DNA of 63,482 nucleotides, filler included, from Squatina squatina (Eukaryota): NCBI GenBank assembly GCA_031763465.1. It is 3 parts of 3 records of this genome, joined end to end, with 100 filler letters (N's around TTAATTAATTAA, not from the genome) between each part and the next. Parts side by side here need not be neighbours in the genome. Positions count along the whole stretch, not along the records: positions 20,952 to 43,728 come from JARFOE010000115.1; positions 43,829 to 63,482 come from JARFOE010000072.1; 1 more part is not named here. One strand, 5' to 3'. Shown piece by piece: positions 37,545 to 49,180 of this stretch (position 1 is its first letter; each line of letters starts with the position of its first letter). The notes under the pieces were generated by a model. It saw only the letters and a program-made list of their open reading frames with translations, ran no database searches and was not told where the DNA came from. The position numbers and the translations under genes were made by a program.

Positions 37545-39632
37545 TTAGACAAACTCATCTATATCTCCTTCTGATATTTCGACAATTACAGCTCGTGTAC
37601 TTTCTTGCACAATATCGCGAAGTTCTTTGATTTCCTCCGGAGTGGCTGGTGGCAGCAAAGCTTTCATACAGTCATTAATTCTGTCCATTCTGTCCTGCAA
37701 ACGCTTTTTATAATCCTCCTTGTTCTTTTTCACAAGATCCTCTATGGCTTTCGAAGCTGCATTGCAATCTGCTCCAAACTTCTTGTGTTCATCTTCAAAT
37801 TGATCTTTGTCTCTACTTGGATCAAGCCCCAGTAGTTTCCCCAAACCATTGACACGGTCCATCAAATGTTGGGTGGAGATCTCGACATAGGTTTGAGAAA
37901 TCATGTGAACAAAACTTGCAATATTGGTGGCTTGAGAGGCCTGCGTGTACAACATGTCTTGTACCATCTGGTTCTCTGAATAGCTGGGAGATTCCAAAGT
38001 GGTCTCACTGTACTGAATGAAGTTGTTAAGTGATTTACCCAGGCTGCTCCCAATCAGGTTTGACATCATGATAAAGAAGAGGATCATCTTACCCCATTGT
38101 TCTTTCACACGACCTAATGCAGTCAATCCTTTCCGGAGCATATTCACAGTTTTATCAAAATCTATTTCCTGCATTTCGCAGTTTCTCATTGTTTCTAGTA
38201 TCTCTTGAAGCTCTTCATTGTTCACCTTCATATTTTCAAAGCTTCTATCGTACATCTCCTGTGAAGCTCGAAGCTGTGCTGCAGATTGCTCCACTTTGAA
38301 TCTATCATTATTACGTGCTCTTGCCGGACCACTGCCATGCTCTTGCTGTTGAGCTTTAGCCATGTGTGGTGGAGTGCCAGTTACACCCATGGACCCAATA
38401 GTTGCCTTGCAGTGAGAGATGAATTTTGTTGATTTCTTCTGCACTTTTTTGATCTCTGTAACCAGGTCATTCATCTCCCTTGCATCAGCTTCTGTGGACT
38501 TTGCCAGGGTTTCCAGTCGCTCATATATTTCAATTGCTGCTTTGCAGATCATAAAAGCATCAACCTTCTCCTTGCAATCTTCTCCATTTGCTGCTTCTTG
38601 TTGCAATTTCTCCAAGTTTTCTTTACAAAGAATTGTGATTGCAGTTCTTTTCTCCTCATTCTTCAGTTTCCCCATGTTAATGTTGCCACCATCATCCAGG
38701 AAATGCAGAAACATTGATGTGAAATATTGCAGAAGATCTGCTTTAAATATGATACTGTTGACAGCTCCTCCAGTATTCTTGGAGTCGGGCTTCTGATTAC
38801 GACCACTGGAAAGTGAGCTGATCAATGTTTTAAAAATTTCTCCACTGATTAATGAGCTGAAACTACTGGCTAATGATTCTGCCATATTCATTAACACTCC
38901 ATTCCAGCCAACTGGCAGGGCATCCATTGCGGCTTTGTAAGCTTGCTGTGCTTCCTTCATTTGCTGCTCCATTTTGTGGGAATACTCCTCAGCCTTTATT
39001 TTTGCCTCTTTTGCCGCTTCTTCCTTCATTTTGGTGATTTCCTTTTTGAATTTCATCTGCTCTAATTCTTTCTCATACACTCCTTTGGAACTTTTACATG
39101 CCTCCAGTAGTTCATTGATCAGATGGATGACTAAACTGAACTTCGCCTCCACATCTTCTGCCAGTTTCAAGCATTTATCTGCCGCGGATTTGATGTTGCC
39201 CAAAGGGATCGGGAGGAATCTTTTAGTGATCTCAGGATCCTTCTGCATGATAAACTTCACGGCATCCTTCATGTCAGCCGGGACCATCAAAGCGTGAAGC
39301 CGGATTTGATCCATATTCTTGTGAGCTTCCTGAAAAGCCTCCCAGCCCTGATTGCTCACTTGTGCTAAAGAGGCACGGAATGATTTGGGATACTTCACAT
39401 ACTGAAATCCTCCAATGGGCATGTTCTTGTCTATTGCAAAATCTTCTCCTGCAGAAAGGAATATAAGTTCCCCTAAAATAGCTACAGAAAGTGGACCAGG
39501 CATCAAGAACTGTTCCCAGTTACTGTATGGCTGTAAGACTAATTCAGTGTCCTCCCTCACATCAGATGCTTTCGTGATGCTCCTGACGGCATTCTGAATG
39601 GAAGCTACACTTTTACATCCTTGGCCTTCCAT
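37545..39632 (-). CDS. Uncharacterised single-coding-exon ~695-aa alpha-helical/coiled-coil protein
   Basis: 2088-bp uninterrupted ORF; ttttgcag acceptor at 39650-39651 then Kozak-like gtcatcATGg at 39632 (the ORF-track start at 39719 lies upstream of the acceptor); no transposon motifs. Confidence 0.85.
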   Translation of the reverse strand: MEGQGCKSVASIQNAVRSITKASDVREDTELVLQPYSNWEQFLMPGPLSVAILGELIFLSAGEDFAIDKNMPIGGFQYVKYPKSFRASLAQVSNQGWEAFQEAHKNMDQIRLHALMVPADMKDAVKFIMQKDPEITKRFLPIPLGNIKSAADKCLKLAEDVEAKFSLVIHLINELLEACKSSKGVYEKELEQMKFKKEITKMKEEAAKEAKIKAEEYSHKMEQQMKEAQQAYKAAMDALPVGWNGVLMNMAESLASSFSSLISGEIFKTLISSLSSGRNQKPDSKNTGGAVNSIIFKADLLQYFTSMFLHFLDDGGNINMGKLKNEEKRTAITILCKENLEKLQQEAANGEDCKEKVDAFMICKAAIEIYERLETLAKSTEADAREMNDLVTEIKKVQKKSTKFISHCKATIGSMGVTGTPPHMAKAQQQEHGSGPARARNNDRFKVEQSAAQLRASQEMYDRSFENMKVNNEELQEILETMRNCEMQEIDFDKTVNMLRKGLTALGRVKEQWGKMILFFIMMSNLIGSSLGKSLNNFIQYSETTLESPSYSENQMVQDMLYTQASQATNIASFVHMISQTYVEISTQHLMDRVNGLGKLLGLDPSRDKDQFEDEHKKFGADCNAASKAIEDLVKKNKEDYKKRLQDRMDRINDCMKALLPPATPEEIKELRDIVQESTRAVIVEISEGDIDEFV

Positions 39633-41984
39633 GATGACCAACTTTTCTCCTGCAAAAGAAATGGTTGTAGTAAATGCACAGAATATTTGTTGATCTAACA
39701 TTAAGGAGGTAAATTGCAAGAGACCCTACAACATTGGAAGGAACTCACATCCAATCAGTGCCTGTCGTAAACCATGACTTCCTGATATGCACCAGATGCC
39801 TCCTGGCAACTTGGGGTATCACTGAATTTACCCTTGCAGAACGGATTGTATGAAATGGCTAAAGGAAGTTGTGTAAGCTTTTCTAGGGCTTACCTTACTA
39901 TCNNNNNNNNNNNNNNNNNNNNNNNNNNNNNNNNNNNNNNNNNNNNNNNNNNNNNNNNNNNNNNNNNNNNNNNNNNNNNNNNNNNNNNNNNNNNNNNNNN
40001 NNGCTCCCGCAATAAAACTTGCCCCTAGAATTCTCTGTGAAAAATCAGGAGCCAGATTTCTGACTCGCAAAACAGAAATCAGGAGCCAGATTTCTCTCAG
40101 AGAGGCTGCCGCACCCAGATGCCCATATTCTCAGATTCCTCCACCTCACAAGGACCTAAGGGGCTGATTTCCCTTTCACACACAATATAACAGGGCCTTT
40201 CTGTCTCACAAACAACAGTTCATGAAAGTTCTCTCTGAAATAAAACTATGGGGGTTGATTTTTACTTTCAAATAAAGATGGCATTCATATTTCTCTCTTA
40301 CTCAGAACAAAACTTTAATGGCCAGGCATTTCTGCTCCAACTCTATGCTTCTTTGTCTCTTTCTGTGTCTGACCTTAAGTAGAATTTTTAAAAAAGGCAC
40401 ACGTCGCAACTGAATGTCTATTAATTCTCCCCCAGATCGCTCTTGAATAAAGAATTCTCTGAGTGAAGTTCTTTCTGAATAGTAAACCTGTTGGATTGAT
40501 TCCCCTCTCACAAATACAAACTTAGCTTCAAGATCTCTCTCCCTTTCTCTCTACCTTAATCAGAAGCCTCAGTTTCCTCTTCCAAAAATAAAAATTGCAG
40601 GTGAACTATGAATATGTTTATATTTACTAAGACTTTAATAAAAAAAACAACTGGAGTTAGCTTCCCTCTCTGCAGGGCACCTGGGTGGAGAGATTTCCCT
40701 TTCCTTATCAAAACGAGTTGTGAGATCAGATTTTTCTCTCTTTATACTTTGAGATGGGTCTCATCTTCCAAAAACCAAACCCTGTGGAGTTAACTCTCAA
40801 ACTAAAATGGGGAAGACTTGTCTCTCTGAAAAACCTCCAGANNNNNNNNNNNNNNNNNNNNNNNNNNNNNNNNNNNNNNNNNNNNNNNNNNNNNNNNNNN
40901 NNNNNNNNNNNNNNNNNNNNNNNNNNNNNNNNNNNNNNNNNNNNNNNNNNNNNNNNNNNNNNNNNNNNNNNNNNNCAAAGCCCTGATACTCTGCCTCGAT
41001 TGCTGGTGAAACCCAACATCCTTCACTGAAGTGCAACAGAAGCACGAGATTGGAAAAGGCTACGGGCGCGGCCAGGAGCAGCTAACACACTTGCAGAAGG
41101 CACACAAGCCACGAGGCTCGATCCACCCTGACTGCTCGATGCGGAGAATGAGCCCTAATCTGCCGGGAAAGTCTCTCAAACACCTGGATCCCAGGCAAAT
41201 TCGACCCGAATCCCACTTCATTTCAGTTCAATCAGCTCAAATCTAACACTGACCTCACTGGCTAAACTCTACCGTTCTCCTCCCTCACTACCCCCCCAAC
41301 CCTCTCAACACAATAATATCATCGAGGACCGATTAACACATTCTAACCACGTGCGAATGAACTTAAATCCCATGCAATCTACTTCCTAGGAGCCTCTCTG
41401 GGAGAATAAAACTCCACCAAGAAACACAAACTCCAAGACAGTGAGGGTAAAAACTCCTGCACACTGAGGTAAAAAACGTCAAAATCACCCTAAAATGTTA
41501 CTCACTGTTCAGTCCTGTCGAGTTGTCCTTCAAAAAAAAATTCAATTCTCTTTCTTTCCCAGTAATGAGAGGGCTTCTAGTCTGCAAGAAAAAGTGTAGC
41601 TCCAAATGGTGGATGCAAGGAAATTCAGCAAATTCAACCATACAGCCAGTAACTAACAGCAAAATCTGTGGTGTAGCAGCTTTTATACCAGGCTCAGTGA
41701 TGGGAGGGGCATATTTCTAACAGACAAGTGGATGGAGGAACATTAATGTATTTAAGTCCATCCCTCCTCCTTCAGGTTCTCCAGTTTGATTCTTACCCAA
41801 GGATCTTGGGCACAGAGGCTTGGTAGATGGCTCCATTGACCCAGGTCCGCTGCACAAAAGGGCCCATCCATGGGCTTTATTCAGAGCTCCCTGATTCATA
41901 CATAGTCTGATAGGGGAGGGCCGACCTCCCTCTCATCCCCTCCCATGCATCTTGGACCTACAATATCTCAACAGATAAATCACT

Positions 41985-42610
41985 GGTTAGGCCTCAGCTG
42001 GACAATTCTGGGCACCGTGCTTCAGGAAAGATGTAAAGGTCTTCGAGAGGTACAGAGGAGCGTGACCAGGGTGCTACGTGGGATGAGGGGCTCCAGTTAC
42101 GAGAAGAGGCTGGTGAAGTTGGGACTGTTGGTTCTCCTTGGAACAGAGAAGGTGAAGAGGTGACCTAATGGATGATGAGAGGTTTCCATAGAGTGAATCG
42201 GGGAAACGATTCCCTCTGGTGAGTAGGTCACAGACTCAGAATCATCGGCCAAGTATCTAGAGGGGAGATGGAAAGAATGTTTTCACTCGGAGAGTTGTCG
42301 GGATCGGGAAGGCTCGATCTGAAGTGGTGGCGACAGTGGATTCTTGGAACAGAGTTGGACCGGAATGTGAGGGTGAGGAACTGACAGGTTTACCGACAGA
42401 AGGCAACGGTGTGGGACTCAGCACGGCTGCTCTTTNNNNNNNNNNNNNNNNNNNNNNNNNNNNNNNNNNNNNNNNNNNNNNNNNNNNNNNNNNNNNNNNN
42501 NNNNNNNNNNNNNNNNNNNNNNNNNNNNNNNNNNNGAATGGCGGTGCAGGCTCGAAGGGCCTAATGGCCTACTCCTGCACCTATTTTCTATGTTTCTATG
42601 TTTCTATGAG
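41985..42610 (+). mobile_element. CR1-type LINE 3' fragments either side of a gap
   Basis: LREVQRSVTRVLRGMRGSSYEKRLVKLGL; tail aatggcctactcctgcacc..(ttctatgt)n. Confidence 0.7.
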
Positions 42611-43289
42611 CATTTCAACCTATGTTCCTCTTCTCTGGAGGAATGGTTTGCCAATATTGCCAGTAACTCAGAGAAAGACAGAACCTCACACCATCCTGCA
42701 TCACTCTGATCATCTTTTGCAAGTACCGACGGAGCCCAGAGGATTTAAATAGTTAGCCTAAGGATGCAGCACCAGGTGAGACACAGTGCATGACTGATGA
42801 GAAGCAAGTGATGCTGGTGTAAGGAGAGCAGGAAGCCTCCTTTTGGTTGTTGAACGCAGCAATACCTTGCTGGACCACCATCTCCCAAGTGGAGTGCACT
42901 CTGCTCCTGTGGGAAGAATACTCCGGAGAGCCAAATTTCACCACGCTTCCTGCAGAAGCACCTCCAATATAGTATCTGGAAAGGGAGGTGTTCTGTAACA
43001 AACTCTACTTTGCTGCAACAAATCTTACTGGCCAACAATTTACTTATTCTTCAATAAGAAAATGCCTGTGCACTCGGGTTGCAAGGAAGTAGCCCAGTCA
43101 GTTAATATTGTGATCAACACGCAAAGGACAAGGGAACAGATGAAGAAAAAAATAATAATAACCTTAGAAAGACTTGCAAGTTAAGACAGGCAAGTGTTTG
43201 CCTTTAAGAAGCAGCTGTATCCCTTTAAGAGTTGCAGCTGCACACATTTTCTGAACCCCCATGGGCTCCTACCAGCAGGCCAAACCTGT

Positions 43290-43555
43290 AATTGGTAGAA
43301 AGATTAGATGGGAGTTGAGGAGAACATTTTTCACCCAGAGGGTGGTGGGGGTTTGGAACTCACTGCCTGAAAAGGTGGTAGAGGCACAAACCTTCATCAC
43401 ATTTAAAAAGTACTTGGGTGTGCACTTGAAATGCTGTAACCTACAAGGCTACGGACCAAGAGCTGGAAAGTGGAATTAGGCTGGAGAGCTCTTTTTCAGC
43501 CAGTGCAGACACGATGGGCCGAATTCTGTGTCGTAAATTTCAAAAGATTCTATGA
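43290..43555 (+). mobile_element. CR1-type LINE 3' end
   Basis: RRTFFTQRVVGVWNSLPEKVVEAQTFITFKKYL...GYGPRAGKWN. Confidence 0.8.
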
Positions 43556-43728
43556 ATCTAACCCAGGTCAGGAGCTTGCCATGAATATTAATTAGGCTGG
43601 CCTTGGGAAATTGTGCGAGGTCAGTGGTACGTAATTTTAGCACGTGCAAAGCTCAATTGGCTCTCCTCCGACACTTTAGTGCCAGGATGGAAAATATACC
43701 CTACGATGTCCTTATGTTACATTCTTGG

Positions 43729-43828
43729 NNNNNNNNNNNNNNNNNNNNNNNNNNNNNNNNNNNNNNNNNNNNTTAATTAATTAANNNNNNNNNNNNNNNN
43801 NNNNNNNNNNNNNNNNNNNNNNNNNNNN
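43729..43828. other. Artificial scaffold linker N44-TTAATTAATTAA-N44
   Basis: Identical to the linker at 20852-20951. Confidence 0.95.
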
Positions 43829-44669
43829 TCTGTACAGAACTTTTAGACGTCAATTCAGCTATGTTTGAGTTTTGTTTGGGTGCTCGTTTCCTGATGGTCT
43901 GCATCTTATCATCTAATAGAAACCAGAAGACATAAATTCAAGGTCACTGGATTCCAAAGAACATCTGTATAATGTTACCAATAATTTGAGGCAATAGGTC
44001 ATTCCTTATACAGTAAGTCTCATCATCAGTAGTACTTTTAAAAGTCAAGGGAGAAGTACAGTACTGATCTGGTTGTGATGGGATGTGTTTGTGGACTCAT
44101 CACACATAAAGCCTACAGCAATTCTCACTCCGCAATTGTCACAATGAATTCTGATCAACTTTTAGCTCTTTCTTTCGGTCTAATTCTGCTGATTTTGAAT
44201 ATTTTTGTTTAATCAATTTGTACTATGAAAGTATCTAGGGAACTAACTTGGAGTTACTGAACCAGACATGCAAAGGGACTGAGCTTTGTTACACAGCTAA
44301 AATTGCTTAATTGTTGCAACACCTCAGGTTAATAACTTAGCCCAGCTCATGTTATTCAGCTTGCTCATATTGTTGGGCTCAGTCACGCTTTGCCATAGTC
44401 GAACCTTTATGGGAACATGATAGAGGCATTTTAACGATTAAATCAAAGCTCTTAATATATTTACTCTCAAATCATGGCATCTAAGCATGTTTTGAATATC
44501 TCCAATGTGTTGTCTCAGGTAATTGACTGGCTTAGTTTGTTATCGTCAGTACCCCTTCCTGCCCCTGACNNNNNNNNNNNNNNNNNNNNNNNNNNNNNNN
44601 NNNNNNNNNNNNNNNNNNNNNNNNNNNNNNNNNNNNNNNNNNNNNNNNNNNNNNNNNNNNNNNNNNNNN

Positions 44670-44847
44670 TATGTTTCAATGAGATCACCTCTCATTCTTC
44701 TAAACTCTACAGAATATAGGCCTAGTCTACTCAATCTCTCCTCATACGACAATCCTGCCATCCCAGGAATCAGTCTGGTGAACCTTCACTGCACTCTCTC
44801 TATGGTAAGTATATCCTTCCTTAGGGAAGGAGACCAAAATTGTACAC
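44670..44847 (-). mobile_element. CR1-type LINE ORF2 fragment
   Basis: GLSYEERLSRLGLYSVEFRRMRGDLIET. Confidence 0.85.
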
Positions 44848-45227
44848 AACAAATAATACTGAACCAAAAGCACATAATATTGGACAGAGGTAACTATACG
44901 ATCCACTCTTTTCTCTCTGTCTATCACAAAGTACCTGGTATCCACTCCACACTTCCCAAACATGTGGCTCAGATTGATAACTTATCATGTGAAGCATCAT
45001 GAGGATTATGAACTATCTATGCTTTGTGGTTTGATGCACTGGGGCTCCAACATGCTGCCATCATCAGGTAAATCAAAATGAAAAGCAGCTTTAAAAAACC
45101 TAACACTTAGAAAATAAAAATTTTAACAAGAGCTTTTTTAGTAAAATGCAGTGTACTGGGCAAAAGGGAAGCTTAATCTATAAACTGATTAAAAATTCAA
45201 CGGGCTTGTGGATTAATGAAACGTTAC

Positions 45228-45435
45228 CTTTCATTATTCAGGGATACTCGTGGTGGATCCAGGTTGGGATTCTCCATTGATTCCATCTGTGGACACCGCA
45301 GGAAATAGTAGAGTGTGTGCAGAGCATCAGGAGACCATGTGACAGGCTGCTGTCTGCCATGGCGGCAGGGACTCATTCCTGAAGACAATGTGTTAGAGCA
45401 TTGCAGGTGATGCATAGCTCGAGACACCAGATCAC
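45228..45435 (-). CDS. ABTB2: ABTB2 internal exon
   Basis: [12 protein letters not shown]...[41 protein letters not shown]; tttag acceptor, gtaacg donor. Confidence 0.9.
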
Positions 45436-46019
45436 CTAAATGAGAAGCATAATCAGAACAATAAGGTCAGAAGCCAATACATGAGACCACAAATAGAACA
45501 GAGGTGACGTGTATATATTTGAGTCATCATGGATATTTTCTCTTTATTGATGCCGATTAACCCGCAGTATATTTCGGACAATCTTTTTCTGCGTATGGTT
45601 TTTGACACATTTTGTACTTCACTGGGTGTAAAGTGTTTTGAAAGTCCTGAGGTTGTGAAAGATGCTGCATAACCACTAGTTNNNNNNNNNNNNNNNNNNN
45701 NNNNNNNNNNNNNNNNNNNNNNNNNNNNNNNNNNNNNNNNNNNNNNNNNNNNNNNNNNNNNNNNNNNNNNNNNNNNNNNNNATTTCTATTTGGTTTCCTT
45801 TACTTTGAGCATTCCCACACGGAATGACATTCAACTGTCTGGCAGCTTACCAAGGCCATCACACCTTCCTGTTTGTAAAGTGCAAAATCATTTTATTGCT
45901 GCTGAGTACCAGTTTTCATTCATCATAACATCCACTGGAATAACCTACTTCCAAATCCAATAGGACTGCTGTGTGTTTTTGGAACAAATTCCAAAGGATC
46001 ATGTACAATTTTTGATTTA

Positions 46020-46402
46020 TTCCAGACGTTTGAGCTCATAATCTAGGCTGATACTCCAGCACAGTGCTGAGCGAAGTGTCGGAGTATCAGCCTCGATTAT
46101 GAATGCCATCTTTTGGATGAATTGTCAAGGCAAGGTCCTGTCCACCTGCTCCTTGACTGAAAGGGTCATAAAGATCCTATGGTGCCAGTGGACCAAGCGT
46201 GAGGAGTTTTCCCAGTGTCCTGGCCGTCATTATTCCCTCAACCAAACATCACCAAAACCAGATTAACTGGTCATTCATCTCATAGTAGCCGGTGGGACTT
46301 TGCTGTCTGCAAATTGGCTAGGCTTCAAAAGTACTTCATTGGCTGTAAAACCCTTTGGGATATCATGAGGATGTGAAAGGCGCTATGCAAATGCAAGTTC
46401 TT
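46020..46402 (+). mobile_element. SacSINE1-like SINE, 5'-truncated/degenerate
   Basis: tctaggctgatactccagc...gccatcttttggatga...gtgtcctggcc...aagtacttcattggctgtaaa...aatgcaagttcttt. Confidence 0.7.
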
Positions 46403-48949
46403 TAATCCTCTTTTTTTCTTGTGATCAGGAGTGGGAATCTGAGCTGATTTTTAATTTAATATCACCCTCTTCTTCCCCCACCAAACCCAGGGTCAAAGCT
46501 GGGACTGTATGGATCAGATACTCACTGAGTCACTGCGAACACCTTTAGTTTTCATGTGCATGCTGTTATAGTACAGGCAAGTCTACACTACATCCTGAAA
46601 GATACAGACTTATTATGGGCTGGATAACTGTTTTAAATGATGACTTCTAGCGTGCACAGTAAGACATGAAAAAACAATTGTGTCTAATAATTGAGTGTTG
46701 CGATGACAACAGTCTGCTGCTATTTTAAGGTAAGCTGCCTGGTAACAGCATATAGAACCTTATTAAGATATGAAATGACTCACTGTTATTTAGGTAATTG
46801 AATGTTGCAAATGCAGTACAGGATACTGACCAGTCACACACAGACAGGCATGCATCCTTACATCTGACTAGAGATTTTTCAGAAATTGAGGCAAGGAGTA
46901 GGGTGGGTCGGGGTTGGGAGAAATTAAGGATCTTATATATAATTTACAAAACAGAGTCAGCACTGCACTGTGGGCCCCCTCATTGGTATATTTAATTGGG
47001 GTCAAACCAGCTGAAACTTAAACTGGGATTTAATGAAATTCTATCCTAACCAGCAGTCAATANNNNNNNNNNNNNNNNNNNNNNNNNNNNNNNNNNNNNN
47101 NNNNNNNNNNNNNNNNNNNNNNNNNNNNNNNNNNNNNNNNNNNNNNNNNNNNNNNNNNNNNNCCCTATTCCTCTGAATGGAAGTTGAAGCCCATTCTGTC
47201 TTTGTTCCAGTGAAGGCTTTACTTGCAAGGAAGCTAACACTTTAGAGAGTGATAAATAGCAGGTTGGCGATAGTGACAGAAGGCAGTTGAAGAGGTGAAT
47301 GGGATGAGAAGAAATTCCTCCCTGGGTGCGAGAAGCGGGTGCTGCTCTGGATGAGCCAGCAACTGGTGCCATGTGCGGACTCGTTTGGCGGGGCGTGGAC
47401 TAATGTCTGAGGATAAGGGCAGGAAAGAAAGCAGGCTGAGAAATAGTAAGACATGGAAGGTANNNNNNNNNNAGGTGAAGGAGAAAAGGGGAAAGCCCGA
47501 TTAGCATTAGAGGAAAAAAGATCAGGGTTCAGCATGACTGGAAAGGGAGAATGGCAGCAAAGGCCAGACGTAAATGCACTCGTTGTGGCCTCCCTTCTAT
47601 TTGGACACTTGAGTCACTCCAACTCCCACTCATGTCCCTGCGGCTGAAGATACACTGGGATCAAATGATGAACAAACAATTTCCCAAAACCCACTGCTCT
47701 CCTAAACTCCCAGAGGGTCCATGCAACACCAGATGTAGTCTGCATTGAACCCACTGCTATGCCCTGACTTCATTTCTGACCCAAGCCCTTACAAAGGAGT
47801 GGTGCTGACCAAAGGTACAGAACAATACAAGACCCACAATGTATGTACGTATTCTACAGTGTAGCGTGCACTCTGGATTGTGCCACAAACTGAGAAAGCA
47901 AGTAAACTTTGCACATCCTAGAATAAAAAATGTAAATTGGCAGATGTGAAGAAAGTATGAACTGCAATGAAGTGTAATGTGTACATGTGACATAAAGTAC
48001 TGTAACTTCATACAACACAACAAAAACAAGCGTTTTGTTTCTGTGAGCAGGTGCAAGCTGCAGTTGGGGATGCTTGAGGGCTCAGATGCTCTCCTCTGTA
48101 AACTTAAGCAGATCTGCCATTATAAAGATTTAATGAAAACACACACTGTTAGAAGACAGAAGAATGTATCTTTGGAAAAGAGCTTCTAAATTTTGCAGCC
48201 AAGCAGGGCAGCATGTGTATTACCCCAAAGTTTCAAAGAGGTCATGACTTAACAAAAGATACCATTTAAGAGAACTCAGTGAGAGACAGTCACTGTAATT
48301 GTGTTTGAGGGGAAGTGATGAGTTTAACACAGTTAGGGAGGAAAGAGCCTGAGAGTGTTTGTAATAGTGCAGTCAGTCATCAGAAAGAGAGAGCAATCTC
48401 TTGCGTAGAATAAAAAGGGACATTGTTTCGGCTCTTTTGCTGGTGCATGACTTCAAATACTAAGCGGACAACATGCATGGGACATAAAGAGCTCATTTCT
48501 TACAATTAAAAGAAATAGACTTGATTGCATCCCAATAATTAAAGAGTAATGTCTTGTTCTGACTGTCGCAAGACAATTGGGAAATAAGAAGGCTATTTCG
48601 TCCCTTTTAATTCTTCCATCCAAAGGGAGCCAAAAGTTCCCCCATTTCCCAACATACAATTTTATTTGTGATTTTAGAAACAGAGAAAATGGGAGCAGGG
48701 GTAGGCCATTCGGTCCTTCGAGCCTGCTCCGCCNNNNNNNNNNNNNNNNNNNNNNNNNNNNNNNNNNNNNNNNNNNNNNNNNNNNNNNNNNNNNNNNNNN
48801 NNNNNNNNNNNNNNNNNNNNNNNNNNNNNNNNNCTACTGTGCGAATTGAAATGTCTATTTTTCCTCACAGTGAATTGGGATAAATGAGATTCACAAGTTT
48901 CTGTAGCTTCACAACATAGCCAAGAGCTGACTTTCACAGATTTAGAAAT

Positions 48950-49180
48950 AAAAAGTGGATGCTGGAAATCGAAGGTAAAACTGGAAACTGTTGGAAATGC
49001 ACAGCAGTATCTGAAAGAGAAAAAACAAATGGGTGCAACACTTCATCAGAGCCACATTTACTTACTGTATCAGGTTCTGATAAAGAATTAAACCAGACAC
49101 ACCATCCTTCCTTACTCTTGCAGATGCTGATCGACCGACTGTACATTTCCAGTACTTTCTGGTTTTATTTCAGATTTAGA
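48950..49180. mobile_element. Inverted (head-to-head) Penelope-like terminal remnant
   Basis: gatgctggaaatc..aaaactggaaactgttggaaatgcacagc..cttcatcaga mirrors tctgataaag..cagatgctg..ctgtacatttccagtactttctggttttatttcagattt; related to 9728-9843. Confidence 0.55.

Noticed and set aside
37605-39597. Several + strand ORFs overlapping the 695-aa gene
   Set aside because: Antisense shadows of the coding strand with no independent signal
40003-41520. Possible LTR or CR1 5' region upstream of the orphan gene, including a ~20-bp direct repeat near 40042-40096
   Set aside because: Too degenerate to classify and separated from the gene by gaps
42640-43060. Possible decayed Harbinger transposase
   Set aside because: No frame gave a convincing DDE-transposase motif by eye
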